DNA of 64,000 nucleotides from a virus (Duplodnaviria; Heunggongvirae; Uroviricota; Caudoviricetes): IMG/VR virus record IMGVR_UViG_3300005573_001627; one strand, 5' to 3'. Shown piece by piece: positions 28,292 to 38,079 of this stretch (position 1 is its first letter; each line of letters starts with the position of its first letter). The notes under the pieces were generated by a model. It saw only the letters and a program-made list of their open reading frames with translations, ran no database searches and was not told where the DNA came from. The position numbers and the translations under genes were made by a program.

Positions 28292-28482
28292 AATTAACTA
28301 AAGATTGGAAACCATTACTTGGAATCTATTTAATAGTTAGCGGCTTAATTGGAATTATCCTTTATATGGCTTCAGATGAAGGAAGTTGGTTTTTTATTGG
28401 GTTATTAATTGGGATTGCTATATGGTTTGTACACCAAACAACTGTTCAAAAAGAACCTGAAAGGAGGAAAAAGAAAAAATGA
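28288..28482 (+). CDS. small membrane protein
   Basis: 64 aa. Confidence 0.4.
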   Translation: MKLTKDWKPLLGIYLIVSGLIGIILYMASDEGSWFFIGLLIGIAIWFVHQTTVQKEPERRKKKK

Positions 28483-28793
28483 AACGAGTAAGTAATTGGA
28501 GTTTATTAGGTTATATTCTTGGAACAGCATTCAGTATATTTAGCGCAATTAGATATTTTCTTATCTATCCTGATACAGACCGCGCATTAGTATATGTAGG
28601 TATCGGAATTATGGTTTGTGGACTTGCATTTTTGTATAATCGCAGTGTTCAACAAGGAAGAAGTATTGAAGCGATAGAAAATTATATCAGTGACAAAAAT
28701 TTTGAAGAAAAAGAAAAAAATGAAAGAGAAGAAAAAAGTCAAACGGTTGAAGAAACTGAAAGATTACCAGAAAGCAATCCTGAATTATTATAA
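28479..28793 (+). CDS. membrane protein with acidic tail
   Basis: 104 aa. Confidence 0.4.
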   Translation: MKRVSNWSLLGYILGTAFSIFSAIRYFLIYPDTDRALVYVGIGIMVCGLAFLYNRSVQQGRSIEAIENYISDKNFEEKEKNEREEKSQTVEETERLPESNPELL

Positions 28794-28809
28794 GGATTAC
28801 CACAAAGGG

Positions 28810-29046
28810 ATGAACATCTATCATTTGCAACAAAAAATGTTAGAATTAGGAATTTGCCCAAAATGTGGCTCTTCAAGCAGAAGATGGTCTAGTGGCGATG
28901 GATATTTCCCTTGTGGAGAATGTAATTTTTGGATTACACCAAATGAAATAGAAAAAGTAATATATGAATCTAATTATTTAAGTGAAAAAGCAAGGAGGAG
29001 AATCTTAAATAAAAGGTTAAAATGGAAAAGGAAAAAACAAAAATAA
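28810..29046 (+). CDS. zinc-ribbon protein
   Basis: start at MNIYHL; CPKCGSS..CGECNFW. Confidence 0.45.
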   Translation: MNIYHLQQKMLELGICPKCGSSSRRWSSGDGYFPCGECNFWITPNEIEKVIYESNYLSEKARRRILNKRLKWKRKKQK

Positions 29047-29327
29047 TAAAAGTAGACGTAAGAGAAAGTTTTATAAACTTGGTTGTAGAATATAATAATG
29101 AGATTTATGAAGGAATCTTATTAAAAAAAGGCCAAATTATGAACAATGAAAAAAGTATGGATTAGTTTTGAAGATGATGGACATAAAACCGAAGGATTCT
29201 TTGAATTAATCGAGCAAACAGCAAACTACGTCAAGATTAAGTCCGGAAATAATATCTTAATTATCCCATTTCACAAAGTGAATAAAATCAAATTGAAAGG
29301 AGGTAATAATAAGGTTTAAGATTTAAG

Positions 29328-29933
29328 ATGATATTAGGCATATTGTTGATAATTTTGGCAATATTTCTATTCTTGATTCTTCTAATTGTTGGTTGGTTTA
29401 TTGGAACTTTTAATTGGTTCGTAAATGCACAACAAAATATCAAGACACAGTTCTCAAACATCAAAACGGAGTATCAGAGAAGAGCAGATTTATTTTATAA
29501 TCTGGTTCAAGCAGTGAGAGCGCATACGAAATTTGAGAAAGGAACATTGGTTGAAGTAACAAAGATGAGAAACGTAAATCTTGGCGGACCAAAAGCAGAA
29601 ACCGTCAAGAAGATGAAAGAAATGGATGCATTTTTCTCAAAATTACTTGTAACTGTTGAAGCATATCCGCATTTGAAATCTATTAAGCAATTTAATAAGT
29701 TTTCAGATGAAGTAAGGATAACTGAAGACAGAATCAATGTTGCGAGAACAGACTATAATGAAGTGGTAAGAGAATATAATGTAAGAGTTAAACAATTCCC
29801 TTCAAGTATAGTTGCAAGATGGAAGAATTTCAATGAAGAGAAATATTATTTGAATGAGCCAAAGACAGACTATTCTCCAAAAGTTAGTTTTGAAGATGGT
29901 GAAGATGCGATAAGATTAGGCCCACATAGATGA
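29328..29933 (+). CDS. lemA: LemA family membrane protein
   Basis: N-terminal TM, then NAQQNIKTQFSNIKTEYQRRADLFYNLVQAVR typical of LemA. Confidence 0.75.
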   Translation: MILGILLIILAIFLFLILLIVGWFIGTFNWFVNAQQNIKTQFSNIKTEYQRRADLFYNLVQAVRAHTKFEKGTLVEVTKMRNVNLGGPKAETVKKMKEMDAFFSKLLVTVEAYPHLKSIKQFNKFSDEVRITEDRINVARTDYNEVVREYNVRVKQFPSSIVARWKNFNEEKYYLNEPKTDYSPKVSFEDGEDAIRLGPHR

Positions 29934-30346
29934 ATTACTTATACGCTATCATCTCAGGAGGAATAGTCCTACTTGGCACAGTTATTTGTTTTGGTTTAAT
30001 TTTTTATGGAAAGAGAAAAAGAGCGAAAGCAATAGAACATTATGAAAAGATACGTGATGAATTAACAGTAAGAGAACAAAAAGAAAAAGAAGAACAACTT
30101 AATGCAAGTGGCTTCTTAGACCATTTCTCTATTGGTAATCTTATTGGGGGATTTATTGCTATATTAATTGGAGTATCGTTGCTCCCCGAGATTACAAAAC
30201 AGGTTGGAGAAGCGGCTAAAACCACAGAACTTACGGGAGCAACTGCTCAAATGTTATCAATAGTACCTGTATTTTTTGCATTAGCAATTTTATTTGCGGC
30301 AATTGCTACTGTATGGAGTAGTTTAAGAGGTTCTGGACTTGTATGA
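29930..30346 (+). CDS. membrane protein (3 TM)
   Basis: 138 aa. Confidence 0.45.
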   Translation: MNYLYAIISGGIVLLGTVICFGLIFYGKRKRAKAIEHYEKIRDELTVREQKEKEEQLNASGFLDHFSIGNLIGGFIAILIGVSLLPEITKQVGEAAKTTELTGATAQMLSIVPVFFALAILFAAIATVWSSLRGSGLV

Positions 30347-30849
30347 AATATCGCGCAAAAGGAACCATAAAAGAAAATAAACAATCTAAGGGGCGATGTG
30401 ATGAATGCTTTAAAATTTGTCGAGTAAGACGCTTAATTTACTTTAAAGGAAGATTCCTTTGTCCTTATTGTAAGAGAAGAAGAAAGAATTCTGTAACAAT
30501 TCCATGGCAATTTAGTTTAAAACAAGCATTAAATAAAAATTATACTTTTAAATTATATCCTGGCGGAGTGTGTAATTGTAGTTTTCCAAATGCTTTGGAA
30601 AATAAAAAAGTCCAATTGATTCTCATTAAAAAAGGAGAAACAGGAAATGGAAGGATATCACTTCAAGAAGCATTAGATAGAATTTATACGATAAAATTAG
30701 CAAAAAATGGGCATTGTTATCTTAGTGTTCCACATGTGTTAGCCAATAGTCAGATTAAATTAAAAATAATCAATGAAAATGAAAATGAAAATGAGACAAT
30801 AACAACTACCTCAACTCCCTTTTTGTTATGGAGGTATAGAAAACACTAA
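30343..30849 (+). CDS. zinc-ribbon protein
   Basis: CDECFKIC..CPYCKRRR. Confidence 0.45.
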   Translation: MKYRAKGTIKENKQSKGRCDECFKICRVRRLIYFKGRFLCPYCKRRRKNSVTIPWQFSLKQALNKNYTFKLYPGGVCNCSFPNALENKKVQLILIKKGETGNGRISLQEALDRIYTIKLAKNGHCYLSVPHVLANSQIKLKIINENENENETITTTSTPFLLWRYRKH

Positions 30850-31109
30850 GTTTATTAACTCTAACCTCCTTTATACTCTTTGCGCTTTATGATAAATAAT
30901 TTGACCCGGGCGGTTCAGTGCGTGGATTTAGACACGTTGAACTCTTATCAGTTTGTTTGAGGCTCCAACCCTACAAACGTGCCAAGCGCGACACAATATT
31001 GGAAGATATTAGTATTTATAAATCTAATTGTGATGAACAATAATGTTTATATATGCTGTGTATCTTTAAAATAGTATCAGATGAACAACGTCGAGAAAAA
31101 TGAGGTAAA

Positions 31110-31406
31110 ATGACGAATGAATTCAAGGAAAGATTAAATAATTCCAATGAAAGAATTTATAGAAAATTGGTTTATTTCTTCGAGAAAAAAATGCCAGTAC
31201 ATTTCTGTCTAGTCAATGGCCCGGGGTGGAAGAATGGAACAATCAAAGAATTAAGACAAAAAGATTACACACTCGTTCTGGACGAATTTAAAGAAGGAGA
31301 ATTATATTTCTTATTAGAAGAGATTAGTATCAACTCTATCAGGCCATATAAAAAACCTGAAGAATTAATGAGAATGAAAGGAGGTAATAAAGAGGATGAT
31401 AGATAG
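31110..31406 (+). CDS. hypothetical protein
   Basis: 98 aa. Confidence 0.4.
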   Translation: MTNEFKERLNNSNERIYRKLVYFFEKKMPVHFCLVNGPGWKNGTIKELRQKDYTLVLDEFKEGELYFLLEEISINSIRPYKKPEELMRMKGGNKEDDR

Positions 31407-31686
31407 AAAAACATTTGATGAAGGAAGTTTTAAAACTTATCGAGGAAACACCGTCAAAGTGCTTGAATTTCTAAAGAATAATAAGGACAATGCATATACA
31501 AGTAAAGAAATCGCAACAGAATTAAACATTTCTCTAGGTAGTGCTTCAGTAACATTAAGAAATCTTGTAAAAGCAGAAGCAGTAGAAATCAAAAAACCCT
31601 ATTATATCTTGAAATCAACTTCTTCTTCGGCAAAGAAAAAAAGCAAGAAAAATGAAGAAGAAGCCGAAATCGAGGGAGAAGAGTAA
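31396..31686 (+). CDS. winged-helix DNA-binding protein (MarR/ArsR-like)
   Basis: TSKEIATELNISLGSASVTLRNLVKAEAV HTH-wing pattern. Confidence 0.5.
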   Translation: MIDRKTFDEGSFKTYRGNTVKVLEFLKNNKDNAYTSKEIATELNISLGSASVTLRNLVKAEAVEIKKPYYILKSTSSSAKKKSKKNEEEAEIEGEE

Positions 31687-31740
31687 GATTTATAAATGAG
31701 GAATTCCTAGTTCAATAATAAATAGATAGTTAACTAGAAA

Positions 31741-32349
31741 ATGAACATGAACAAAAAAGATTATAATTTTAGAGAGGCTAGTTGGAAATTTGTAGCACTC
31801 AAAGGGATAGAAGCACTTGGAATTTTTCTTATTATTTATGGATTTTATTTTTTAGGATTATATATTAATGGATTTAATGGAGAGGGAAATTGTGGGCTCG
31901 GATTCTGGAAGTGTCCTTATACAGCATCAGCAAGCGCTGTAAGTATGTGGGGTCTCGGAATCTTGGCATTTATTTTCATTCTATGTGCGTTAGTTGTTTG
32001 GTTTTTTATCTTGGCGATTATAGCATTAGTTATATTCCTAATTATATGGATAAATTGGGAATGGGCTAAACGCTGGGCAGAAACAACTGAAGGAAGAAAG
32101 AAAAGATTAAGAAGAAAACAAGGATTTGTCGAAGGGGACAGAGTAAAAGTCGAAAAAGGATTAGAAGTGGGAGAATATTATAATGAAATGAAATTTATTG
32201 AGCGAATGAAAAAATATGAAGGTAAGGCCGCGAAAATAACAGAAGTAATTAAAGATGATGAAGGAGATTATCAATTTGAACTTGATATAGACAAAGGAGA
32301 ATTTAAATGGACAAAAGACATGCTTGAAAGATGGAACCCAAAAAAGTAA
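31741..32349 (+). CDS. membrane protein
   Basis: 202 aa, 3 TM. Confidence 0.45.
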   Translation: MNMNKKDYNFREASWKFVALKGIEALGIFLIIYGFYFLGLYINGFNGEGNCGLGFWKCPYTASASAVSMWGLGILAFIFILCALVVWFFILAIIALVIFLIIWINWEWAKRWAETTEGRKKRLRRKQGFVEGDRVKVEKGLEVGEYYNEMKFIERMKKYEGKAAKITEVIKDDEGDYQFELDIDKGEFKWTKDMLERWNPKK

Positions 32350-32594
32350 ATGAAATTATGAGTAAGGTTATGGAATTTTGGATACAGAGGCACGGATTAC
32401 AAAATATTGACCCTGGAAAAATACAAGCAACAAGAAATATGTTATTAATGTCGCCGCATAATGATGGATTGATGAGAGTAAGTGTAATCGGTGAAGAAAA
32501 ACCACACTTAGTCCCATTTGAAGATATTATATTATATGGATTGAAAGGAGAAGATGCTAAAAAATATCCAATAGAGCAAGAAAAAAAATGTTAA
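32331..32594 (+). CDS. hypothetical protein
   Basis: 87 aa. Confidence 0.4.
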   Translation: MEPKKVNEIMSKVMEFWIQRHGLQNIDPGKIQATRNMLLMSPHNDGLMRVSVIGEEKPHLVPFEDIILYGLKGEDAKKYPIEQEKKC

Positions 32595-32737
32595 AATGCC
32601 CCAGATGCCATAGAATTACTGCACCACACGAGCCTACTGGACAGCTTGTAGTTTACAAGAAGTTAAGTAAAGGAAGAGATATTATTAGCAGCACTCCTGT
32701 TTGCATGAATTGTAATGGAGAAAAATATGGAAATTGA
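32588..32737 (+). CDS. 49-aa zinc-ribbon peptide (not in ORF track)
   Basis: MLKCPRCHRI..CMNCNGEKYGN, overlaps both neighbours. Confidence 0.35.
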   Translation: MLKCPRCHRITAPHEPTGQLVVYKKLSKGRDIISSTPVCMNCNGEKYGN

Positions 32738-33089
32738 AAAACCACAATGTATGGTGATTGATGCTTCAGTCATCAAAGAAATGATTGAAGATAATAACAG
32801 CACGAAGGCTGTAGAATGTATGAAAATGTTAAAGAAATTAGAAGAAAATCCAAAATTTAAAGATAAGTTATGGGTTGTGACACCAACTTCCTGTTTATTA
32901 AGAGCAATTTATCTTGCAGATGAGAAGAAATTTAAGTTACAAAACCTTCAAAAGATTATTAGTTTTGCAACGGTCTTGCCTTCTTTTGCAGATTTTAGAA
33001 ATGAAGAAGCAGTTATAAAAGAGATATTGTCTTATGCTAAACAATTTTCAGGAGAAAAGAAAAATGGCGATGATGGCAGCACAAACTAG
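32715..33089 (+). CDS. hypothetical protein
   Basis: 124 aa. Confidence 0.4.
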   Translation: MEKNMEIEKPQCMVIDASVIKEMIEDNNSTKAVECMKMLKKLEENPKFKDKLWVVTPTSCLLRAIYLADEKKFKLQNLQKIISFATVLPSFADFRNEEAVIKEILSYAKQFSGEKKNGDDGSTN

Positions 33090-33297
33090 GAAATGCCCAA
33101 AATGTCGAGGCTATGGATGGTGGCCAATCGGAGATTTATGCCCAATAGGAGAGATGGATAGCCATGAATGGGGAAACAAAATAATTCAGTGCCCTTGGTG
33201 TGGTAATCCTCCAAATGGAGATAATAAAAGTGAAAGATATAAAGCGTTAGTAAAAGCAAAGGAGAAAGAAGAAAATGCAACAAAAAATAAAATTTGA
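33034..33297 (+). CDS. zinc-ribbon protein
   Basis: CPKCRGYGWWP..CPWCGNPP. Confidence 0.45.
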   Translation: MLNNFQEKRKMAMMAAQTRKCPKCRGYGWWPIGDLCPIGEMDSHEWGNKIIQCPWCGNPPNGDNKSERYKALVKAKEKEENATKNKI

Positions 33298-33772
33298 AAG
33301 GCGTTATTTGAATTTAACAACTGAAGAAAAAGAAGAAATTGCGGCGAGAATAATCAAATTTATGAGAGAATGCTTAGTAATTCAAGAGGGGGAACATGAA
33401 CCCGAAAAGGACTCATTTAATAAATCTAAATGGAAATATTATTATTACTATTTTAAAGAAGGTGTAATAAAATTTGGAGAAAGTTATTACAATAGAGTTT
33501 ATGAAGACAAGGGATATCAATTATCTGATTCAGATTTATTCAGGGATTTTGATGGTATCGGCGGAGGATTTGACAGGTTAAAATATCACATTAGAATGAA
33601 TGGCTCAAAAATCTGTATCCAAAAATTAATCGAATTACTTGGAAACAAAGCAGCAATAATCTATCTTGAAACTTGGGCCAAGAAAAACGTCATGGTCGGG
33701 CTTTTGCTTAATAATGTTGTTCAAGAATTAAAACGAAGAGAAGAAAATGATAAAGAAAAAAATATATTGTGA
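33275..33772 (+). CDS. hypothetical protein
   Basis: 165 aa. Confidence 0.4.
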   Translation: MQQKIKFERRYLNLTTEEKEEIAARIIKFMRECLVIQEGEHEPEKDSFNKSKWKYYYYYFKEGVIKFGESYYNRVYEDKGYQLSDSDLFRDFDGIGGGFDRLKYHIRMNGSKICIQKLIELLGNKAAIIYLETWAKKNVMVGLLLNNVVQELKRREENDKEKNIL

Positions 33773-34010
33773 AGCGAGATGTCTATCTGAAGAGGAATTT
33801 GATAAAATCCCAATGAAAGAATTACGAGAAATGGTTGGTTGGATAGAATATGATGATAAACATAAGACTTGGGATGTTACAATGGCGGATGGAGGATATT
33901 TTGAATGTAAGACACAAGCAACAGCAGAAATAATTTCAAGCCTTGAAGAAATTAAAGCAATGATGATGAAGGAGAAATGCAAATGCACTGGAAAACACGG
34001 GAAGTCTTAA
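33747..34010 (+). CDS. hypothetical protein
   Basis: 87 aa. Confidence 0.4.
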   Translation: MIKKKIYCEARCLSEEEFDKIPMKELREMVGWIEYDDKHKTWDVTMADGGYFECKTQATAEIISSLEEIKAMMMKEKCKCTGKHGKS

Positions 34011-34228
34011 TTATATTATTCGGAGCAGTGGCAATACTTTCACTACTCGCAACTTTCTTAAATACATTTTTGCCTTTGCAATTCTTGTGTTTTGGGGTTG
34101 CAGTCTTATCATTTATCATTGCTATGATACTCAAGAATATGAAAGTTAAGGTAATCAAATATAAATATAAATATAAATATAAAATAGAAGAAAGAAGACC
34201 CACAACAAGACGGAGGATAAGAAGATGA
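33977..34228 (+). CDS. membrane protein with (YK)n tail from (ATAAAT)5 microsatellite
   Basis: 2 TM; ATAAATx5 at ~34155-34185. Confidence 0.35.
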   Translation: MQMHWKTREVLIILFGAVAILSLLATFLNTFLPLQFLCFGVAVLSFIIAMILKNMKVKVIKYKYKYKYKIEERRPTTRRRIRR

Positions 34229-34452
34229 TAAAAGAAAGTATCTTAATAGTATTTGCAAAAATATTTGGATTGCTTCTTTCAATATTTTCAATTATGCTCT
34301 ATGCTGAAACTTATAAATCTCCTTGGCATCTATTACTTTGGATTCCTATTACATTTGGATATTTTCTATGGTTTTCAGATATTATAGAAACTCATATGGA
34401 CTTGAAAAGATTAAGAAAAGAATTAAGAGACCAAAAAGGAGGAATTAAATAA
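34225..34452 (+). CDS. small membrane protein
   Basis: 75 aa. Confidence 0.4.
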   Translation: MIKESILIVFAKIFGLLLSIFSIMLYAETYKSPWHLLLWIPITFGYFLWFSDIIETHMDLKRLRKELRDQKGGIK

Positions 34453-34453
34453 A

Positions 34454-34804
34454 ATGGGATGGTTCGGACCAAAAGATACAACTAGCACGATTTCAGGACA
34501 TAAAAGTAAAAGTAAAGAAAGCGATAGAGATGATGATGAAGATTATGATGATGAAGAAGAGGAAGAGGAGGAAGAAGAAGAGGAAGATGAAGATGATGGA
34601 GATTATATGGATAACCCAAAAAAAACCTGCGCATTCCAAAATAATTATGGGGCCTATGATTATGATGAAATGTATCCGGGAGAATCAGAAGAAGGATGGG
34701 ATTGTGATTTAACTACAAATAATATTAGATGCAGAAAAGAAATCTGCCCACTATGGAAAAATGTCAATGGAACTTGGAAAACAAATCATCCAAGGGATGA
34801 TTGA
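34454..34804 (+). CDS. poly-Glu/Asp acidic protein
   Basis: DDDEDYDDEEEEEEEEEEEDEDDGDY run. Confidence 0.4.
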   Translation: MGWFGPKDTTSTISGHKSKSKESDRDDDEDYDDEEEEEEEEEEEDEDDGDYMDNPKKTCAFQNNYGAYDYDEMYPGESEEGWDCDLTTNNIRCRKEICPLWKNVNGTWKTNHPRDD

Positions 34805-35171
34805 AGAAGAAATAAATAAAAAAATAGGTAGAAAAGAGAACCTTGTGAAACAGTTAATTGAATTTCCAAGAGAGAGTATCATCAAATTTGAAGCGGAATT
34901 AGGAGAACTTAAAAAATTAGTTGATGGGTTTAATTTTCGCTTAATGCAATTAGAAGATATTTGTAAGGTAGTGGAAAAAGTTAATGAACATATGGAAGCA
35001 ATTGAATTGGTTACAGAAAGATTAGTCAAACTTGAAGAAGAATTTATATTATTTAAATTAAAACTATTGGAGCAAAAAAATGGTGAACTTTTGGACAACA
35101 GTCCTGATAGTAGCGGTAATCCTAGTAACACTAGACAAGGCGCTAACAGTACTGAACATCAGGGCAGTTGA
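34797..35171 (+). CDS. coiled-coil protein
   Basis: start at MIEEEINKK (ATGA overlap). Confidence 0.4.
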   Translation: MIEEEINKKIGRKENLVKQLIEFPRESIIKFEAELGELKKLVDGFNFRLMQLEDICKVVEKVNEHMEAIELVTERLVKLEEEFILFKLKLLEQKNGELLDNSPDSSGNPSNTRQGANSTEHQGS

Positions 35172-35445
35172 GAAAAATAATCCGGGGTTAAATGCACTTT
35201 CAATTGAAAAGAATCCTTTAGCAAAAGCCGCATTTGAAAAATTTGGGCTTTATGGGGGAACACTTATTTATTGGTTGCTCTCAATAATAACTTTTGTATT
35301 AGCAGTTTATTTGTTTCAGTATCCGGCAAAAGTTTTTGCGCCAAATAATGCACAAGGGGTTGCGCTTTATGTAATAGTTATATTTTACTTTTTTATTATT
35401 GGAAATAATTTTTATTTCCTTTTCAGATATAACAAATGGATTTAA
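35080..35445 (+). CDS. membrane protein (3 TM)
   Basis: 121 aa. Confidence 0.45.
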   Translation: MVNFWTTVLIVAVILVTLDKALTVLNIRAVEKNNPGLNALSIEKNPLAKAAFEKFGLYGGTLIYWLLSIITFVLAVYLFQYPAKVFAPNNAQGVALYVIVIFYFFIIGNNFYFLFRYNKWI

Positions 35446-35446
35446 A

Positions 35447-35623
35447 ATGGTATCAGAAACAAGAGAAATATCAGTCAAATTAACATTAGAAGATATTGAA
35501 ACAATAATAGAAGAATTAGAAAGAGTAGAACATCACCTATATAAAATGAAAAGATTAGATAAAATAATCAAAAAATTGAAAGATGGAAACAAAAGAGATG
35601 AAGTTAAATCAGGCAAAGTTTGA
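35447..35623 (+). CDS. small hypothetical protein
   Basis: start at MVSETREI. Confidence 0.35.
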   Translation: MVSETREISVKLTLEDIETIIEELERVEHHLYKMKRLDKIIKKLKDGNKRDEVKSGKV

Positions 35624-36047
35624 ATCTGTTTTGGCTAAGCATAAAAAAATATTGGCAGGATTAAAATATTGCGTTGATGAAAAAGGGGAAATAAACCATG
35701 AAAAAATGACTCCTAAACTCATGGCCTTAGAGAAAACCGGCCGTGAACTTTCTTTAGCATATGCGGGATTAAAATGCGAAAAATGTAAGACGGATAAAGA
35801 ATTACAATTCCACCATCTTATTATGCGGAAAGTTAAAGAATATACAGATTTCTTCAGATATGAAGCGCAAAGAAAATATTGGGCAAATATCCTGATTTTA
35901 TGCGGGAAATGCCATCAAGAGATTCATACAACCTTGCGACAATCACCAAAACACGCGGCTAATGTTAATCCATATATCACTGAAAAAATGATTGAGCAAG
36001 TTAGGAGGAAATATTTTATAGATGACAAAGAAAAAAGATTGGGATAA
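35583..36047 (+). CDS. HNH endonuclease
   Basis: CEKCK..LQFHHLI..LCGKCHQEIH. Confidence 0.75.
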   Translation: METKEMKLNQAKFESVLAKHKKILAGLKYCVDEKGEINHEKMTPKLMALEKTGRELSLAYAGLKCEKCKTDKELQFHHLIMRKVKEYTDFFRYEAQRKYWANILILCGKCHQEIHTTLRQSPKHAANVNPYITEKMIEQVRRKYFIDDKEKRLG

Positions 36048-36426
36048 TAATAATTATCTTAGTAAATTAATATGGTTGTTTACTTTATTAATAGTCACAG
36101 ACATATTATTAATTTTTTTTGCATTAAAAGAACCGATTGTTGTAGTTGAATATCAAAATGAGAGTTGTGACAATATTATTGATACTTCTTATACATATGA
36201 CCCAACTACTGTAAATTGGAGTTTCTTAAATCTTCCGGCTAAACATATTGATAATCTTTGGTTTAATGAAGACCTCTATTGTTGGCAGATTCCTTCAAGG
36301 CCTGTTTGTAAGTATATTGAATTAAAGAATGGGACATTAATCCAAAAAGGAGAATGTTATATGACTTATAATTATGTTATTGAATGTATAAATAAATCAG
36401 AAGTTGTCGGGGAGGTGACAAGATGA
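36022..36426 (+). CDS. membrane-anchored Cys-containing protein
   Basis: 134 aa. Confidence 0.4.
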   Translation: MTKKKDWDNNNYLSKLIWLFTLLIVTDILLIFFALKEPIVVVEYQNESCDNIIDTSYTYDPTTVNWSFLNLPAKHIDNLWFNEDLYCWQIPSRPVCKYIELKNGTLIQKGECYMTYNYVIECINKSEVVGEVTR

Positions 36427-36740
36427 AAGAAGAAAAAAAAGGGAAGATAAGATGGTGGCTTGTGATTGTACTGACATTAATCTATTTTATGATATTAACA
36501 CTGATAACTATTCCAATAGGAATTGCAGTATTTGAGTTTAAATATCAGTTATATAAAGACCCATTAGATGCATTGATGACAGCATTTATTGCATGCGCAC
36601 TTGTTGGTGTAATGACTTGTCTTGTTTTTACTTATCTTATGAATAATATTATTCCATTGAAAGGAGGTATGAAAGATGAAAAATGGAAAGACTCGATGAA
36701 CAAAAAGAAGACAGGCCAAAAACAAACAAGAAAAAAGTAG
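36423..36740 (+). CDS. membrane protein
   Basis: 105 aa. Confidence 0.4.
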   Translation: MKEEKKGKIRWWLVIVLTLIYFMILTLITIPIGIAVFEFKYQLYKDPLDALMTAFIACALVGVMTCLVFTYLMNNIIPLKGGMKDEKWKDSMNKKKTGQKQTRKK

Positions 36741-37141
36741 CAATTACTATTATATCAACTATTTTCTTTGTTGGGATGATAGTACTTGCAGTAGCATTAA
36801 CTGCAGTGAATACTTCATTTGTGAAAACAATCCATGTTTCTCCACAAGTGCTTGTAACAATCCTGGGAGATACAGGAGACACAACAATCAGTTGTATTGA
36901 TGGGGGCTCATGCAGTTCAAATGAGATTACATTAATCAATAATGATAATACTGCTTCGCATGATTGCACAGTAACAACTTCAAGTAATGATAATATAACT
37001 GTAAGTTATTCAGGAATTCCAAGTAATGGACAAGTATCGCTTGATGCCGGAACTAATGTGACTTTCAAAGTGAATTATAATGCAGATGCGCCTAATGGTG
37101 GAAATTTCCAAATGACTACAAATATTAACTGCCCTGTCTGA
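36683..37141 (+). CDS. membrane-anchored extracellular S/T/N-rich protein
   Basis: 152 aa. Confidence 0.4.
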   Translation: MERLDEQKEDRPKTNKKKVAITIISTIFFVGMIVLAVALTAVNTSFVKTIHVSPQVLVTILGDTGDTTISCIDGGSCSSNEITLINNDNTASHDCTVTTSSNDNITVSYSGIPSNGQVSLDAGTNVTFKVNYNADAPNGGNFQMTTNINCPV

Positions 37142-37323
37142 TGATAGAAGAAGAACTTGAAAAACCAAAACCTGTAAAAAGATATAAATGTAAATTATGT
37201 AGAAAGAAATATAGTAGATGGGGTGTTTGGATGAATCGACATGTTGCTAAAACAGGACATAATAAATTTAAGAAAATAAATGAAGATGGAAAATTCCTCG
37301 CAGAATACTAATATAATAAATGA

Positions 37324-37704
37324 TTGGGCAGACTTTTTTTGCGTGATTGGGATAGATTTCATGCTGATAGTCCTAGGTGTTTGGACGTTACCACAATTAC
37401 CAAAAAAAACACATTTATTATTTTCTTTGTCAATATTACTTTCGGCAATATTTTTCACAAAAAAATTTATAGAATTTATAAAAGAAAAATGGAAACAGAA
37501 GAAGAAATAGGATATGAAACTTATAGGAAGATGATTGATGAAGATTTCAAGAGATTTATCCGGCTTGAAAAAGCGTGGATTGCGCAGATTTCACATAAGG
37601 TTATGCCAACTGGGCGCGGATTTGAACATGTTGATAGAGTTAAGTTAAGAAATAAGTTAATGGCCTGTCTGAGAAAAAAAATAAGGGGTGTGGAGTTTGA
37701 TTGA
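37324..37704 (+). CDS. hypothetical protein
   Basis: start uncertain (could be 37490 MKMETEEE..). Confidence 0.35.
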   Translation: MGRLFLRDWDRFHADSPRCLDVTTITKKNTFIIFFVNITFGNIFHKKIYRIYKRKMETEEEIGYETYRKMIDEDFKRFIRLEKAWIAQISHKVMPTGRGFEHVDRVKLRNKLMACLRKKIRGVEFD

Positions 37705-37859
37705 TATAACTTGAAAATAATAACTTATTTTTATTGTTTATTTTGCAGCATAAAAATCTTTAAAAAGGACAAAGATTTTTTTGTTATTCGTTCAAGGCTG
37801 CATGGCTTGCATGGAATGGACAGGAGTGTTATAAAAGATGGAGATGCAAAAGAGGAAAA

Positions 37860-38078
37860 ATGGAATGGGATTATTTTTTAAACAAAAGGGTATTTATACA
37901 ACTGAAAAAAGGTGATTGCTATACCGGAGAAGTAGTTTCTGTAGGCGATGGCTTTATTGCAGTCATAGACAAATTCAAAGAACGAGTGGCTCTTGCGCTT
38001 TCTGAAGTTTCTAAGATTAAAGAAGAAAATAATAATAATCCTTACAAACAAGCAAATCTTGGGGAGGCAGTTGAATAA
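37860..38078 (+). CDS. small hypothetical protein
   Basis: 72 aa. Confidence 0.4.
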   Translation: MEWDYFLNKRVFIQLKKGDCYTGEVVSVGDGFIAVIDKFKERVALALSEVSKIKEENNNNPYKQANLGEAVE

Positions 38079-38079
38079 A

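Noticed and set aside
30886-30990. tRNA gene
   Set aside because: An acceptor-like pairing exists, but no D-arm, T-loop or anticodon arm can be placed. Kept only as a hairpin cluster.
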